Shown here in pieces: positions 1-12,358 of a stretch of DNA of 64,000 nucleotides. Source of the DNA: Felis catus. Taxonomy: Eukaryota. Under the pieces are notes generated by a model, which saw only the letters and a list, made by a program, of their open reading frames with translations, was not told where the DNA came from and did no database searches. Within the stretch, counting starts at the first letter, position 1. The number at the start of each line of letters is the position of its first letter. The position numbers and the translations under genes are program-made. The stretch is from the NCBI RefSeq assembly GCF_018350175.1, contig NC_058368.1, forward strand, positions 137,828,001-137,892,000, read 5' to 3'.

Positions 1-1400
1 TCGTGAAGGCCAGACCCCCGGGTTGGGATCCCGGGGCTAGGACTTCGAAGCGTGCCTCCGCCACTCGGGAAAACTGGGAAAGGGAAGGAAAATCGAGCAG
101 GCGCTTGCCAACCCAGAGGGCCTAAGGAGTGCGCTGGAGGAGGGGGGGGGGGGGAGTCCTAGCCCCCTCCCCGCGGTCCATCTCGCCGCCCCCTCTCTCC
201 ACCCCCGGGTGTGCACGCCTCCCTCTGCACTCCCGCCTGGCGAACCAAGAAAACAGGACTATAAGTGTGCTATCGATCCTGGCCGACCGGGTCAGGGCTG
301 CGCCACGTGCTACTTAGCACGGAGCGCGGCCGAGGGCGCAAGGGACGGGCCGCCAGCCGAAACCCTCCCGAAACATCCCGAGCGACCACCAGAGCAGGCC
401 ACCGGGCTGGGGGGCAGAGGCCTGGCTCCAGCGGGTTGGGGGTGGGAGGGCGGCGCGTCGCAGCCGGGCCTTTCCACCGCCCACCTCCGCCCCCACCCCC
501 GTCCCCGCCCCCGCGAGCCCCGAGCTCCGGGCCGGCGCGGGGCGCGGAGACCGAGGGAAGGCGGCGCGCAGGGCCGGGCCTGCACCCCAGTGACGGAATC
601 TCGAAGACGGAAGGCCGCGGAGACCCGCTGCCCGGCCGGCCTGCGACGCCTGCGGGCTAATGCCGGGGCGGGGTGCGCCTACTCCCGAGGCCCGGTCTGG
701 CGCGGCCAAGGGCCCGGGTCACCGCGCTGCCGGGCTCCGGAAGCCGCGCTGGCGGGGCCGCAGGGCGGGAGGCCGGGTCCTGGGGCCGCCCGGCCGGAGG
801 AAGCGGCTCGGGTCGCGCCGCCCCGCGCCCGGGAGCCGCGTGCAGGGTTCAGCCGTGTTTCGGTTGCCCTCTGACCTGACCCTGGGCGCACAAAGGCCTC
901 CTGGGTGCGCAGCCATGGCCCAGCCTTCCAGTCGCTGCCAAATTAATGAGCCCACGTCAGGTTGGGTTTACAGCTCGGCCGGGACGCAGCCGAGTGGAAA
1001 ATGAGCCCGGGGCCTCTCGGGAGGTACCCGCACTAGTGCAGAGGCGGTCTGGCGTCCTTGAGGCCGGGGAAGCCGCGGCCCGCACGGTGCCGCCTTCAGC
1101 TCTCTACTCAGCTGCTTTCGCGGTCTCCTGAGGAAACGGGCCCGCCCCTGGGGAAACCTGCCGGCGTCTGCCCCGCTTTATTAAAACAACACAGAGCCCA
1201 CATTTAACATCCCAGCAGCCCAGGCTAGGCATTCTGGACACACGTCGTTGGCTTGTGGCTTGGCGACCCTTTGGTGTCTTTGCGGCGCCCTTGGCTGCCG
1301 GGCTTTGGGAACCGAGTCTGCCTTCCCGGGAATGCGTTCCTCCTGGAGGTCCCGGGTGCCTCTCATGAGTATAGGTATATGCCCCAAGAGAGCGGGGAAT
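1..1400. promoter_or_regulatory. CpG island 1 (continues off the window start); no coding exon recognised
   Basis: Very GC- and CpG-rich; GC boxes, G13 tract at 142-154, G4-like GGGTTGGGGGTGGGAGGG at 433-450, AATTAATG at 941-948, CCACGTCA at 952-959. Overlapping ORFs are low-complexity Arg/Pro/Gly/Ala. Confidence 0.85.
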
Positions 1401-2288
1401 GCTTACCCTCTTCCAGAAGCAAGGCTCTTAGGGGAAGCATTTTCAATGGCTGTTGGATGCGGGTCTTGAAAGCCAAAGATAAGTCGAAAAGGGATTTGGT
1501 GTTTGAGCACGAGTCCATCTGCGAGTTCATCCTGAAGTCTAGGAGACTGGCTGTGCTGAGGGCTCTGTGTTCTTATTGTTCTTTAAACGCGGTGGGGGGA
1601 ATTCAGTTCAAGAAAAATGACTAAACCTGAAGCTGATAAGGCTTAAGTCATTGATGTACCGTATTCCTTCCAGATTTTTCAAATATGCTAAACGAAAGCA
1701 CTTTTATTTAAAAACACTCAAAAGGTCAGAAGAGTGATGCTCTTCAGAAGCCCTCTTTCCCTGCAGCTCTGTCTGCTGTTGAGAACCAGGAAGGTTAGGA
1801 ACTGGAAAGAACTGGTGTGGCTTGTTGCTGAATCATGCCACTCCTGCAGCTTCCCCATCCTTGTTTCAGAGAGCATGCCTTTCAGAAGCGGGGGGGGGGG
1901 GGGGAGGGCTGGTACAGACCCCTTTTCTTCATACACCCCTCCCCACCTTAACCATAAGTTCCTTGTCTAGATTTCACGCACAGCCCCCTGCACCCATCCT
2001 GTGGGCACTTCACAGCCTTGCAGACCTGGCTACCCTGTCTAAGCCCATCCCTTCCTGGGAAATCTCAGTGTATGTAGGTCAAGTTGCCTTTCTGATGGCA
2101 AGCAGCCATGACCTTTAAAGGGGCAAGTATCTCAAAGAGTGCACACCAATAAACTATGATGTACTATAATTATCTTTTTTTGGTAAACTGTTTCCTCAAC
2201 TGAAATTTAACAACTTGGGGACAGGGACCAAGACCAGGTGTTGGTATTGTCTCAGTACAGTGTCAGATCAAGAAATGTTATCTATCTT

Positions 2289-2511
2289 GGGGTGCCCGGG
2301 TGTGGCTCAGGTGGTGGGTTAAGCATCCGACTTTGGCTCAGGTCATGATATCGCAGTTCTTGAGTTCAAGCCCCGCGTCAGGCTCTGCGCTGACAGCTCA
2401 GAGCCTGGAGCTTGCTTCGGATTCTGGGTGTCCCTCTTCTCTGCCCCTCCCCCACTCACACTCTGTCTCTCTTTCTCTCAAAAATAAATAGACATTTTTT
2501 TAATTTTAAAA
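2289..2511 (+). mobile_element. CanSINE (felid SINEC type)
   Basis: GGGGTGCC head, Pol III A/B-box region, (CT)n, A-rich tail; TSD aagaaatgtta(t/c)ctat(c/g)tt at 2270-2288 and 2512-2530. Confidence 0.95.
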
Positions 2512-2924
2512 AAGAAATGTTACCTATGTTGATTCCACAGTTAAAATTAATACAGTCCCCTCAAAATGCTAATAACTACAGTGGTGATAGTGAGCAGAGG
2601 CACCCGACTTTTCCCTCACCATTCCTACTTGATTCTACTTTATGTCAGCAAACTTGCTTCTTTCTGAACCCACAGTGAGATAGTACTACTAGAGAAATGG
2701 AAATTTTGATTGGAGGAGGCGAGAGGGTGTGGGGAAAAGGAGAAGAAACTTAGGAAGCAGGGGATTTTGAGAAATAATAGGGATGGGCATCAATACAAAG
2801 TGAGGGTCCCTAAGGAAACAGGAGGGCACCAAGGAATTGGGGAATGAGAAGACCACCCAAAGGTGGGCCAGAGAGAAAGAGATGTGGACCAATACCAAGA
2901 ACAACTTTCACCAACCGAGAGGCA

Positions 2925-3086
2925 ATGGTAGTATTGTGGCTAAGAGCTCACGTTCGCTATTCTCTGTCTGTATGCCCCTAAACAGATTATAAAACCCTAT
3001 GAGCTTTCGGTTTCTTCACCTGTGAAATGAGGATGGTAATAACACTTATATCACATAGTTATGAGGATTAAATAAAATAACATGCA
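2925..3086 (+). mobile_element. MIR fragment
   Basis: MIR core-like tcggtttcttcacctgtgaaatgaggatggtaataacac...gaggattaaataaaataacatg. Confidence 0.7.
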
Positions 3087-3295
3087 GTTTCACCTGTGGC
3101 CTCATGTCAGTCCTTTCTGCTTTAATGTTACAACTTACCAAATTGGCAGATTATGAAGTAGGGGAAAGTAGTCTTTCCCCTTGAAATATAAGAAAGTGAA
3201 GAAGAATCACCCAGCTATTTTAAGGAAAACCTTTACCAAATGATAAAAACCAAAATGGAAAAATAAGTAACTGGGAGGAGTTGGAGAAAATTTAA

Positions 3296-3308
3296 ACACA
3301 CACGCGAG

Positions 3309-3345
<37 letters not shown>
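3296..3345. repeat. (CA)n microsatellite with an internal CG-rich stretch
   Basis: acacacacgcgagcgcgcgcacacaca... read directly. Confidence 0.95.
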
Positions 3346-3348
<3 letters not shown>

Positions 3349-3389
3349 CCAAGTAAAATCCTTGGAGAGATGAGAGAAAGTATTTCATC

Positions 3390-4238
3390 CACAGAATTAG
3401 AAAAGGATATTGTAAAAGAGAAACATTAAGAGAACAAGACAGAAGTTTCAGGAATTAAAAATACAGTAGCAAAAACAAAATCAGTAAAAGAGTCTAGAAG
3501 AAGCTGAAGATATCTTTCAGGAAAGAACAAAAAGACAAAGAGATGAAAAATAGGGGGAAAATGATAAGAAACCTAGAAGATCAATACAGGAAGTCCAACA
3601 TTCAAGTAATTCCAGGAAGAAAGTACAGAGATAATAGGGATTTTTAAAAAATGTTTGTTTATTTTTGAGCGAGAGACAGAACACGAGTGGGGGAGGGGCA
3701 GAGAGAGAGGGAGACACAGAATCCAAAGCAGGCTCCAGGCTCTGAGCTGTCAGCACAGGGCCTGACGCACGAACCACGAGATCATGACCTGAGCCCAAGA
3801 TGGATGCTTAACCAACTGAGCCACCCAGGTGTCCTGAGGGGGATTTTTTTCCCCCCAAAGAAACAGCACAAGAAAATTTCCCAGAACTTACTTGGGTAAG
3901 TTCTCAGACTAGAAGGACTAGCTGGGTCTAGCATAAGAAATGATGAAAGATCATACCAAAGGACATAATCATGAAATTTTAGAAACTCATCAATAACTAG
4001 AAACTCCAAAATTCTTCCAGAAAGAAAACCAGGTCCCATACCAAAAACCAGTAATCAGAATGGCATTGAACTTCTCAAAAATAACACTGGAAGTGACTAG
4101 AAAATAGAGCAATGCCTTACAATTCTAAGGAAAAAGTTCTAGTCTAGAATTCTATATCCAGCAAAATACCCATCAAGTGTGCTGATAAAGACATTTTCAA
4201 ACATGCAAAATTCTCAAAATTTTTATCTCCATGTACCC
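3390..4238 (+). mobile_element. Degenerate HAL1/L1 ORF1-like fragment, interrupted by a SINE
   Basis: A-rich sense strand with remnants of L1 ORF1 C-terminal motifs: atcagaatggcattgaacttctca (IRMALNFS) and agaattctatatccagcaaaa (RILYPAK). Confidence 0.75.
3641..3834 (-). mobile_element. CanSINE with a small internal deletion
   Basis: Reverse-strand SINEC body ending ccacccaggtgtcc; lacks the ggggctcgaact segment. Confidence 0.92.
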
Positions 4239-4239
4239 T

Positions 4240-4780
4240 GTAACACACATCGCTGACCCACCCAACAGCCATTTCCAACTTTCTTTCATATTATTTTTTA
4301 ATCATATAGCCATGTGCTTCTGGGAAGCCAAATCTCTACCCAGCCCCAGAGAGAAGCCTTGAATAATTTAAGCCAACAACTTGTAATTTCCTACTTTGGG
4401 TCAATAACTGGCTTAGAAATGGGCATGTAACCCAACTCAGGTCAATTAAATCTGAGGAAAAGTCTACTGGGGTATAGGAAGATTTTCTTCACCTTAAAAA
4501 AGGGCGTACGGAAAGGACTTAACTCTTTCAGCCAGCTTCTTTGTGAGGACCTGATGCTCTAGGTTGCCATGGTTATCTTATCAAAGAGAAAATCCAAATG
4601 CCAAGGATGGCAGAGAAAGTGAAAATAACCCAGGTACTTGATGATGTCATTGAGCCACTGCATTCATCAAACCTCAAACTAGCCAATATCCAGACCCTTT
4701 GTTATGTGAGGGCCAGAATGCAACTCTGTGTACTCTGTGTGCTCATCTCTCAAGCTGCATTGTATGCTAAAAGCAGTATT
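4240..4780 (+). mobile_element. Old ERVL-MaLR solo LTR (MLT1J/K-like)
   Basis: Motifs gcttagaaatgggcatgtaacccaactcaggtcaat and ggtacttgatgatgtcattgagccactg; subfamily from recall. Confidence 0.6.
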
Positions 4781-5010
4781 GGGGTGCCTGGGTGGCTCAG
4801 TCAGTTGAGCATCTGACTTCAGCTCAGGTCATGATCTCACAGTTCATGGGTTCGAGCCCCGCATCGGGCTCTGCACTAATGGCTCAGAGGCTGGAGCCTG
4901 CTTCGAATTCTGTGTTTCCCTCTCTCTCTGCTCCTCCCCTGCTCATGCTGTCTCCCTCTCTCCTTCAAAAATAAATAAAAACATTAAAAAAATTTTTTTA
5001 ATTGAAAAAA
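4781..5010 (+). mobile_element. CanSINE
   Basis: ggggtgcctgggtggctcagtcagttgagc head, (CT)n, aaaaataaataaa tail. Confidence 0.95.
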
Positions 5011-5044
5011 AGCAAGAAACTAAGAAACTAAGAAAAATACCTAC

Positions 5045-5212
5045 CACTGATTGAGTAGTTAGGTATTATTCTGTGGTCTTTTGATTAATGGCTATAGTAA
5101 GCCAGTGAAGCAAATATATTACGCCCGTTGTGTAAATGAGGAGATATAGGCTCAAACAAGTAGGTGAATGAGCCAGATTTGGACCCAACACTTTCTGACT
5201 CTAAGGCCTGAG
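5045..5212 (-). mobile_element. MIR fragment
   Basis: cccgttgtgtaaatgaggagatataggctcaaa...gagccagatttggaccca...tctgactctaaggcc. Confidence 0.6.
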
Positions 5213-5377
5213 TAACTCTGATGCTATGCTCAGGATTTATCAGATGATACTCAAACATAGGATTGGCACCTGTGTGGATCAGACATGGAAAAATATTGGG
5301 AAACAATACACTGATCTCAAATTGCACTTAATAACCATTTTTAGTTGACTCAGTTACTTGTCAGTATAGTTCAGGTT

Positions 5378-6114
5378 TGTGGTAACCAATCCCCAAGCTA
5401 GCCTCCACCAATCCTCACTGCCTAGTGTACAAGCTTCTGTGCACTCCACTCCCATGATGAGCTGGCTAACCAACAGAATATTGCAGATATGATAATGTGT
5501 AATGCAACTTCCAAGGCTAGGTCATAAAAGACATTGTGGTTTCTCTCTTGCTTTCTCTTAGATCATTCAATTTGGGGAAGGTCAATCACCAAGCCATGCA
5601 CCCTGAAGAAGACCTATGGCAAAGCCCATGTGTCAGGAAACTGAAACATCCTGCCGATATCCATGTGAGTAATCCATCTTGGAAGTGGGTGACTACAGAT
5701 GACTGTAGCCCTGGCCAACTCTTTTTTAACACTTTTTTAATGTTTATTCATTTTTGAGAGGGAGAGACAGAGACGGAGCGTGAGTGGGGGAGGAGCAGAG
5801 AGAGAGGGAGACACAGAATCCAAAGCAGACTCCAGGCTCTGAGCTGTCAGCACAGAGCCCAATGTGGGGCTCAAACCCACAAACCATGAGATCCTGATCT
5901 GAGCCGAAGTCGGACGCTTAACCAACTGAGCCACACAGGCACCCTCCTGGCCAACATTTGACTACAATTTCATGAAAGACCTTAAACCAGAACCATCCAG
6001 CAAAGTCACTCCTAAATTCCTGACTCACAGAAACTGTGAGATAATAAATGTTTACTGTTTTAAGCTGCTTAGTTTTGGGGTGATTTGGTACACAGCAATG
6101 GATAAATTAACACA
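5378..6114 (+). mobile_element. MLT1F-like solo LTR, interrupted by a SINE
   Basis: Starts TGTGG, ends ACA; internal cttccaaggctaggtcataaaag and cacagaaactgtgagataataaatg...ttaagctgcttagttttggggtgatttg. Confidence 0.85.
5720..5945 (-). mobile_element. CanSINE inside MLT1F
   Basis: TSD cctggccaac at 5710-5719 and 5946-5955. Confidence 0.95.
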
Positions 6115-6853
6115 CTGAGTACTTAAGTAAACGTTCTCTTAACTTTAAAGGCAAAGGGGGATTCGACTTGTTTATTACTTTCTGTTTTTCAAGAAGACAT
6201 ATATGGTCCTCATAACAGCTCTGTCGAAAAGGCAGGGGAAGTGTCATTTCAGAAAACTGATCATCAGACACACTTGCTTAAGGTACTTAAGTTAGCCAGG
6301 TACAAAACTAATAGAAAAGCTTCTGGGTCTCTTTCACTAAGCCTTTCCAGTATCCCTGTTTAGAAGTTGGCTTAGTCTGAAAGAGCCTAAGAATCAGCAC
6401 AAAGGAAAAATCCCCAGAGGGTCCCTAACTTTAAAATCTTTCCTAAGAGGCAGCTGGCATTATATAACACTCCTGCCGCTCCCAGCCTCACAGCCTCTCT
6501 GGTTCTCAAAGCACAGAAGAGTTTATGGTCTTGGATCTTGCCCAAAACTGTAGATAGCCATCAATTTTGAGAACATTTATATATTCTGAGCAGTGAAACT
6601 GTTAATGGTTATGGTGTTTATGGCTCGGGCTTAAATAGGAAACTAATAAAGATAAAATCTCTGCTTGATAAGGGCGCTCAACCCCCCGTCAGTGGCAAGT
6701 TTCCTGTTGCACAGTGAGGTCTAGGAGTCCATCTTTGAGCCCCGGGTCCAGTCACAGAAAATGCAATTAGGAGGGTGTCAAAACTAACGTGGCTAATGTG
6801 TTTTTCACAGAACCAATATTGAGATGGCGGTAAGTGCTGCTTTTGGACAATAA

Positions 6854-6908
6854 TGAGTGAGTGAGTGAGTGAGTGAGTGAGTGAGTGAGTGAGCGAGCGA
6901 GTGAGTGA
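6854..6908. repeat. (TGAG)n tetranucleotide microsatellite
   Basis: tgagtgagtgag... with terminal gagc variants. Confidence 0.95.
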
Positions 6909-8067
6909 CTGGCTGAGTCTGCTTTTTGTTAAGCATAAGCCCTATAGAGTTTGTTTTGGTTTCCTGTTGACTTTGAAAGAGCAAGCAGTATCTCTGGGGC
7001 CAAAATGGCTCTGACAGAAACCTCAGTTGCTGACCTTGGCTTGAGTCGGGGCAAATCTTTGCAAATGAAGTCTTCTCTTTGCTCCAGAGATAGTAAAGTT
7101 GTCATACATGCAGACTTTTAGGAGTAATCATCTACAGCAGGGAACTTGGCACAAGGGAAGCCCAAGTTTGTTTCTTAGAAGTGATCCGCCTGAAAGTCTA
7201 AAATGGACTGCAAAGCACATACCCATCTGCAGTAGATGTTGCTACAGGTGTAGGATGTTGTGGTTTCTAACATCTTACACGTGTTCTCTAAACAATACTT
7301 CAAGTGTCTTTTTGTTTCTGGCCTGTGTGGTTTCCTGCCTTTCCAGCAGCTACTCCTATGTAGAAGGGCAGCTGCCTGCAAAGTATGACTGACAATTCTG
7401 TATAAAGACGCACATGCAGAAAACGCTGCTGTCTCTGAAAGCAGCTCACCCTGAACTTGGAGTATGATGGAGCCTGCAGCACTTGTCCAAGAAGCTGAAA
7501 TAAGCACAGTGTTATTGCTGTCCGGACCTGGGTGGCTTCCGGGCACCTGGAGGACTTCCTGCAGTTCCCGAGCCCTTGAGCTCTGCAGCAGACTGAGTCG
7601 TAGAAACCTGAATTCAAAATATCAGAGGGCAGAGGGGAAGGAAGGTCCCCATCAGGTGAGACCTCTTGCCACCATTTCAGAGCCCATGCAGGGAATGTCC
7701 AGGGGGTTTTGTGTGAATCATCCAAAGAACACGTCAGGCGAGCTTCGGCTCTGGAGCTACAGTCCTGGGAACTGGAGGGATTGCTGGGACACAGCTAGGT
7801 CTGACACATGCCAGGGTGGAGCTTAAGATACCAGACAGTCAGGTGGTACCTTAAAAGGCAAAACACAGGCAATCCTGAGGCCTGTGTACAGAGTCGGTTC
7901 ATTAAAACTTTCATCCTACATCTGCCAAGTTAAGGGTCCTCCTTTCCCTTCACCATATAAATATCCACTTGAGACTACTCAACTCCCTTGTGGGGACTCC
8001 TTCCCATTTCAGGTTTGCAGGATACTCATTCAGGTCTTATCTGCCTTACATAAAAGCTTCAAGGGGA

Positions 8068-8076
8068 GTGTGTGTG

Positions 8077-8112
<36 letters not shown>

Positions 8113-8131
8113 CATGTGTGTGCATGTGTGT
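8068..8131. repeat. Imperfect (TG)n microsatellite
   Basis: Read directly. Confidence 0.95.
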
Positions 8132-8900
8132 AAGCAGGTAGCTGGTAGGCCCCCTATGTAAACTTCCCTTTTGAGAACTAGCCCTGTTGGGAACTCTTAG
8201 CTTTAAAAACTTTACAGTCTTTTTTTCTCTTTCTTTCCCTTGCAAAAAAGTGATGGAAATGGGAGGCACATTAAACTATCTCCCTGCAGGGATATGGTCA
8301 TCCACTGGCTTCTAAGAAAAGTGACTTGGCAGAATTCTCATCTCTGACCCATGGGCTGGGCAGTCCTTACCGGACTAATGAAATGTGTGTTTCCCCCTTC
8401 CGTCCTGGAGTTGTGAAGGAAACCAGGAAAAGGAGAGATCAAAAGGGGTAGCTGGCGGGAGGGGTGGGCGCAATTCCTGGCTGTGCCACAGGGTTACGGA
8501 GGGTGCATTTATTAGAGTTTCAGGTCCTCCACTTCCATTCCCAGTCAGTGTCTTTCCCTCTCCCACTTTTAGGCTCTCCATTGTTACCCAGCAAGCAACC
8601 ACAAACGAAGAGGGTGGAGTGATATACTGAGAGGCTAAAATCCTTTCTGAGACTCTTGGATTGTAAGTATAGACCCAAGGGCAGAGGACTTCCTTAGGAC
8701 CTCTAACCAATACGGCAGTGGTATGAATCAAGGACTCAACCTACAGATCAGATATTAGAGGGAACTGACAAAGATATCATTTTCCTTTCAATTTAGCAAC
8801 TTACAGTAGGTCCTAGACTCTATGCATGTCAAGCACTCATGGAAAGCTTTCTCTGTAGAACGGTTTTTTTTTTTCTTGAAAAAAAACACATCAGATTACG

Positions 8901-11150
8901 TGGATTTCCAGTTTAGAGTAACCAGCTGAATACACAGATTTGCCTCCACTCCCTCCAGACACTCCACTAAAGGGACAACTAAGGGATTAAACATAAGAAC
9001 AAAAAGCAAAAGTAAACAAAGAGAAAAGGAGAAACAATAACTACATTTTAGAAGCTGGAAAGCATTTTGAGGGGTCGTAATGATTTAGCAGACCCCAGAA
9101 AGTAGGAAAAAGCTAAGAGGGCATCTAATTTATATCCATGGAATCCCCAGAATGTCCAAGAATTGACAGTACTGGTTACCCCTGGAAATGGAGACAATGC
9201 CGGGGCTAAAATCCAGAGGGCTGGGGCACCTGGGTGGCTCAGTCGCTTAAGCGTCTGACTTCGGCTCAGGTCATGATCTTGCAGTCCGTGGGTTCGAGCC
9301 CCGCGTCGGGCTCTGTGCTGACAGCTCAGAGCCTGGAACCTGTTTCAGATTCTGTGTCTCCCTCTTTCTCTGACCCTCCCCTGTTCATGCTCTCTCTCTG
9401 TCTCAAAAATAAATAAATGTTAAAAAATAAAATAAAATCCAGAGGGTTGGTTAAGTTTGTTTAAGCAGCAGTGAGACACCCCATGTCTCCTCCACCACCT
9501 GAACAGAAACCCAGGAACTCATTCCCTGAAGAGAATAAGACCAGGATGTGTTGGACTTGAGAACCACAAGAACAGTCAGGATGGGAAAAGCGTCCTGAAC
9601 ATAGGGTGAGTAAGTGAAGACTGACACGGTGTTGAAATCAACTTCACAGTACTTTGGCCTCCTAATTAGAAAAGACTCCTCTGGGGAATCTGGCAAGCTC
9701 AAGAGAAAAGACCCACAGACTGACATCAGGGAGCTGCCTGTGAAACGGCCTAAGCAGAACACCACACTGACAAGCTCAGTCTGACAAATCCTGTCTTGCA
9801 TAGAGGGTTTCCTATCAGCTTTTGTAGTGCCCTAATCTTACGTATGGACAAAGAGCCAAGGTCACCAGCATTTGAGGAAGACTTTTAATAGGAAAGAAAG
9901 ATGCCAAATCAACAAACCAATATACTTCCAGCTTGGAAGAAAATCATGCAGGGAGATGAAACCTTATACAAATTATCACATACCTAAAACAAGAACAAGA
10001 TGTTATATGTAAAAATCAGAACATTTGGAGAATTAAAACTGGGAAGGAAAAATGAAAATCTCAATAAAAGGTTAAAAAATGAAGTTGAGAAATATCCCTG
10101 AAGGTAAAACAAAGACATAGAAAATTGGAAAGATATAGAAAGAAATTTAGAGGACCAGCCCGGGACATCCATCTTCTGATGAGTAGAAGTGCTGGAAAAA
10201 GACAAAGAAAACAGAAAGAGATCATCCAACAGCTCATTGAAGTCAACAGAACTAGAGACCTATCAGGTATTGGCCACAATGGATAAAAATAGATCCACAC
10301 CTAGGCTTATCATCGCGAAACTTTAACACTTTAGGGCAAAGCAAAGATCCTAAAATACAGGCACAAAGTACCAAGAATCAGTATAGAATCTGATTTATCA
10401 ACAGCAACACTAGAAATACGAAGGCCGAAGAAATATCTTCCATTCCTGAGAGAAAATTATTCCCAACCTAGAATTTTCTACCCGGTCGCAACATTAATCA
10501 AGTAGAGTAGTAGAATACGTATATGCAGTTCAGAAATGCAGAAATGCAGTTCTCAAAATATTTACCATTGACTTTCTCAGAAAGCTACTGGAGGATGTAT
10601 TCCGCCACAACAAATTAATAAATCATTTGAGGACATGAGGTCCGAGAAACAGGGAATTCAACATGAGACAGAGGCTAAGGTAACCCCCAAGTTCATTAAT
10701 GCCACAGTATGTTGTGGAGAAAAGGAAAAGCAATCATGGTAGACTACACGGCTAAGCTATCAACAGCACTTTAAATGATCATAAATTGGAAATGTACACA
10801 TGGATCTAACTAAACCTCTGTGAAAGTATTTGGGAAGACGATGGGTCCTGTAAACATGGGTCATGGGAGGGAGGGAGAAACAGTGTTAGATCCATATCTT
10901 CCATTGTAGGAAGTCAACAGATGATGTTTAAAAGTGAAAATTCCGTAAGTAGCAATAAAATTGTGTGCTTTAGAGAGATGGATGCAAATAGCACGTAACT
11001 GTTTGGAAAAGTCGAGTGGGTTTGCCCTCCGAAGGTGGGACGTGGGAAGGACAGAAAGGCTTCTGTTTTTTGTTTGTGCCAGTCTTATACAACCCCTTGG
11101 CTCTCTACATGCGTGCACACGGACCTTTGATGACAGTAAAAACTAAATAT
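8901..11150 (+). mobile_element. Near full-length degenerate HAL1 (half-L1) element
   Basis: 5' end ccactccctccagacactccactaaagggacaac resembles the HAL1 5' end. From about 10374 it translates as RISIESDLSTATLEIRRPKKYLPFLRENYSQPRIFYP (L1 ORF1 C-terminal domain). No ORF2 seen; A-rich 3' end near 11140. Confidence 0.75.
9223..9432 (+). mobile_element. CanSINE inside HAL1
   Basis: TSD taaaatccagaggg starting at 9207 and 9433. Confidence 0.96.
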
Positions 11151-12128
11151 AAAGCAACATCATCACAGGGCTTCTGGATACACCCCTGAAGACTGCTTGA
11201 TAGTGAGCCCAGATCAACAGGTCCTGCTCTCTGAGAGCCATGGCGGTCTCAGGCATCAATCTGTTTTTGTTCTAACGTGAAACTCGTGTTACTTCCAGGA
11301 CTTCCTAATCCATCGTGATGCTCCTCCATCCTCTGCAAGGCGAAGCTAATGAGTAAGAGGTAGCGCTGGAAGGCACAGCGCTGAATCTCTTCCCAGAGCA
11401 ACAGGAGACAGGCCAGTGAAGGCCTCTTTAGCAAGGAACAAGGCAGCAATGGTGGGCAGCTGATAGCATCATAGTCTGAGTTCAGGACCTCTTTTACTTT
11501 TCACGTTTTCTTATAAAAGTTCTCACATTTAGTAATCTTATCCCGAAAACCCTGCTAACGATTTAGACTACTTCTGACTCAAGCATTTTCGACTCATTTC
11601 AGCAGTCCGAAATATCTCACTCAAAAGCACAGTCGCTATGAAGTTGTCCAGTCTGAGGTACCGCAGGCAACACACCCAGACATAAACAGTCCTGACGACA
11701 GTGTGGTGAGGCCTCCAAGGATGGACTTCCAGACTGCTTTCTGGTTCACCTGTCAGGAGGCAGCCACTGAACAGCTGCCCCAAGGAAGCAGCCCTTTCCC
11801 AGAAGTGATAGAAACAGAGTAACTCGTGGGAGTATTCCAATCCACAAGGCTTGGGGAAATTGAGGGAGGGTGTCTGTTGCTTTCTTTCAAAGAGAAAAAT
11901 TTAGAGGGAAGACCCAAAAACAGAGCCAGAGGAAAAGTTTACTTTTTCTTTAAGAGATTTGAAGGTAAACTTCAGCGGAAAACCTACATTTTCCAAACAA
12001 ATTTGGAAATCCTAACCTCTTTACAGAATCTCCCTGACACCAAATTTTTGCAAGACATTGTGCTGATTACTCTGGGGAATGTAAAAATGAATTAAAAGGG
12101 GACTTGCCTTTAGAATTTTACCTGGTCC

Positions 12129-12294
12129 AGGGACGCCTGGATGGCTCCATTGGTTAAGCATCTGACTTCGGCTCAGGTCATGATCTCACATTTCGTGAGT
12201 TTGAGCCCCGTATCTGGCTCTGTGCTGACAGCTCAGAGCCTGGAGCCTGCTTTGAGTTCTGTATCTCCCTCTCTCTCTCTCTGCCCATTCCCCT

Positions 12295-12331
<37 letters not shown>

Positions 12332-12358
12332 AATAAATAAACATTTAAAAATAATTTA
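12129..12358 (+). mobile_element. CanSINE
   Basis: TSD agaattttacctggtc at 12112-12127 and 12359-12374. Confidence 0.96.

Noticed and set aside
129..1131. Long overlapping ORFs in CpG island 1 (for example 209-874, 221 aa)
   Set aside because: Arg/Pro/Gly/Ala-biased and open in several frames on both strands, as expected from stop-codon scarcity in GC-rich DNA; no recognisable domain.
7099..7826. Cluster of 97-141 aa ORFs as a possible processed pseudogene
   Set aside because: No recognisable protein, no poly(A) tail and no TSD.
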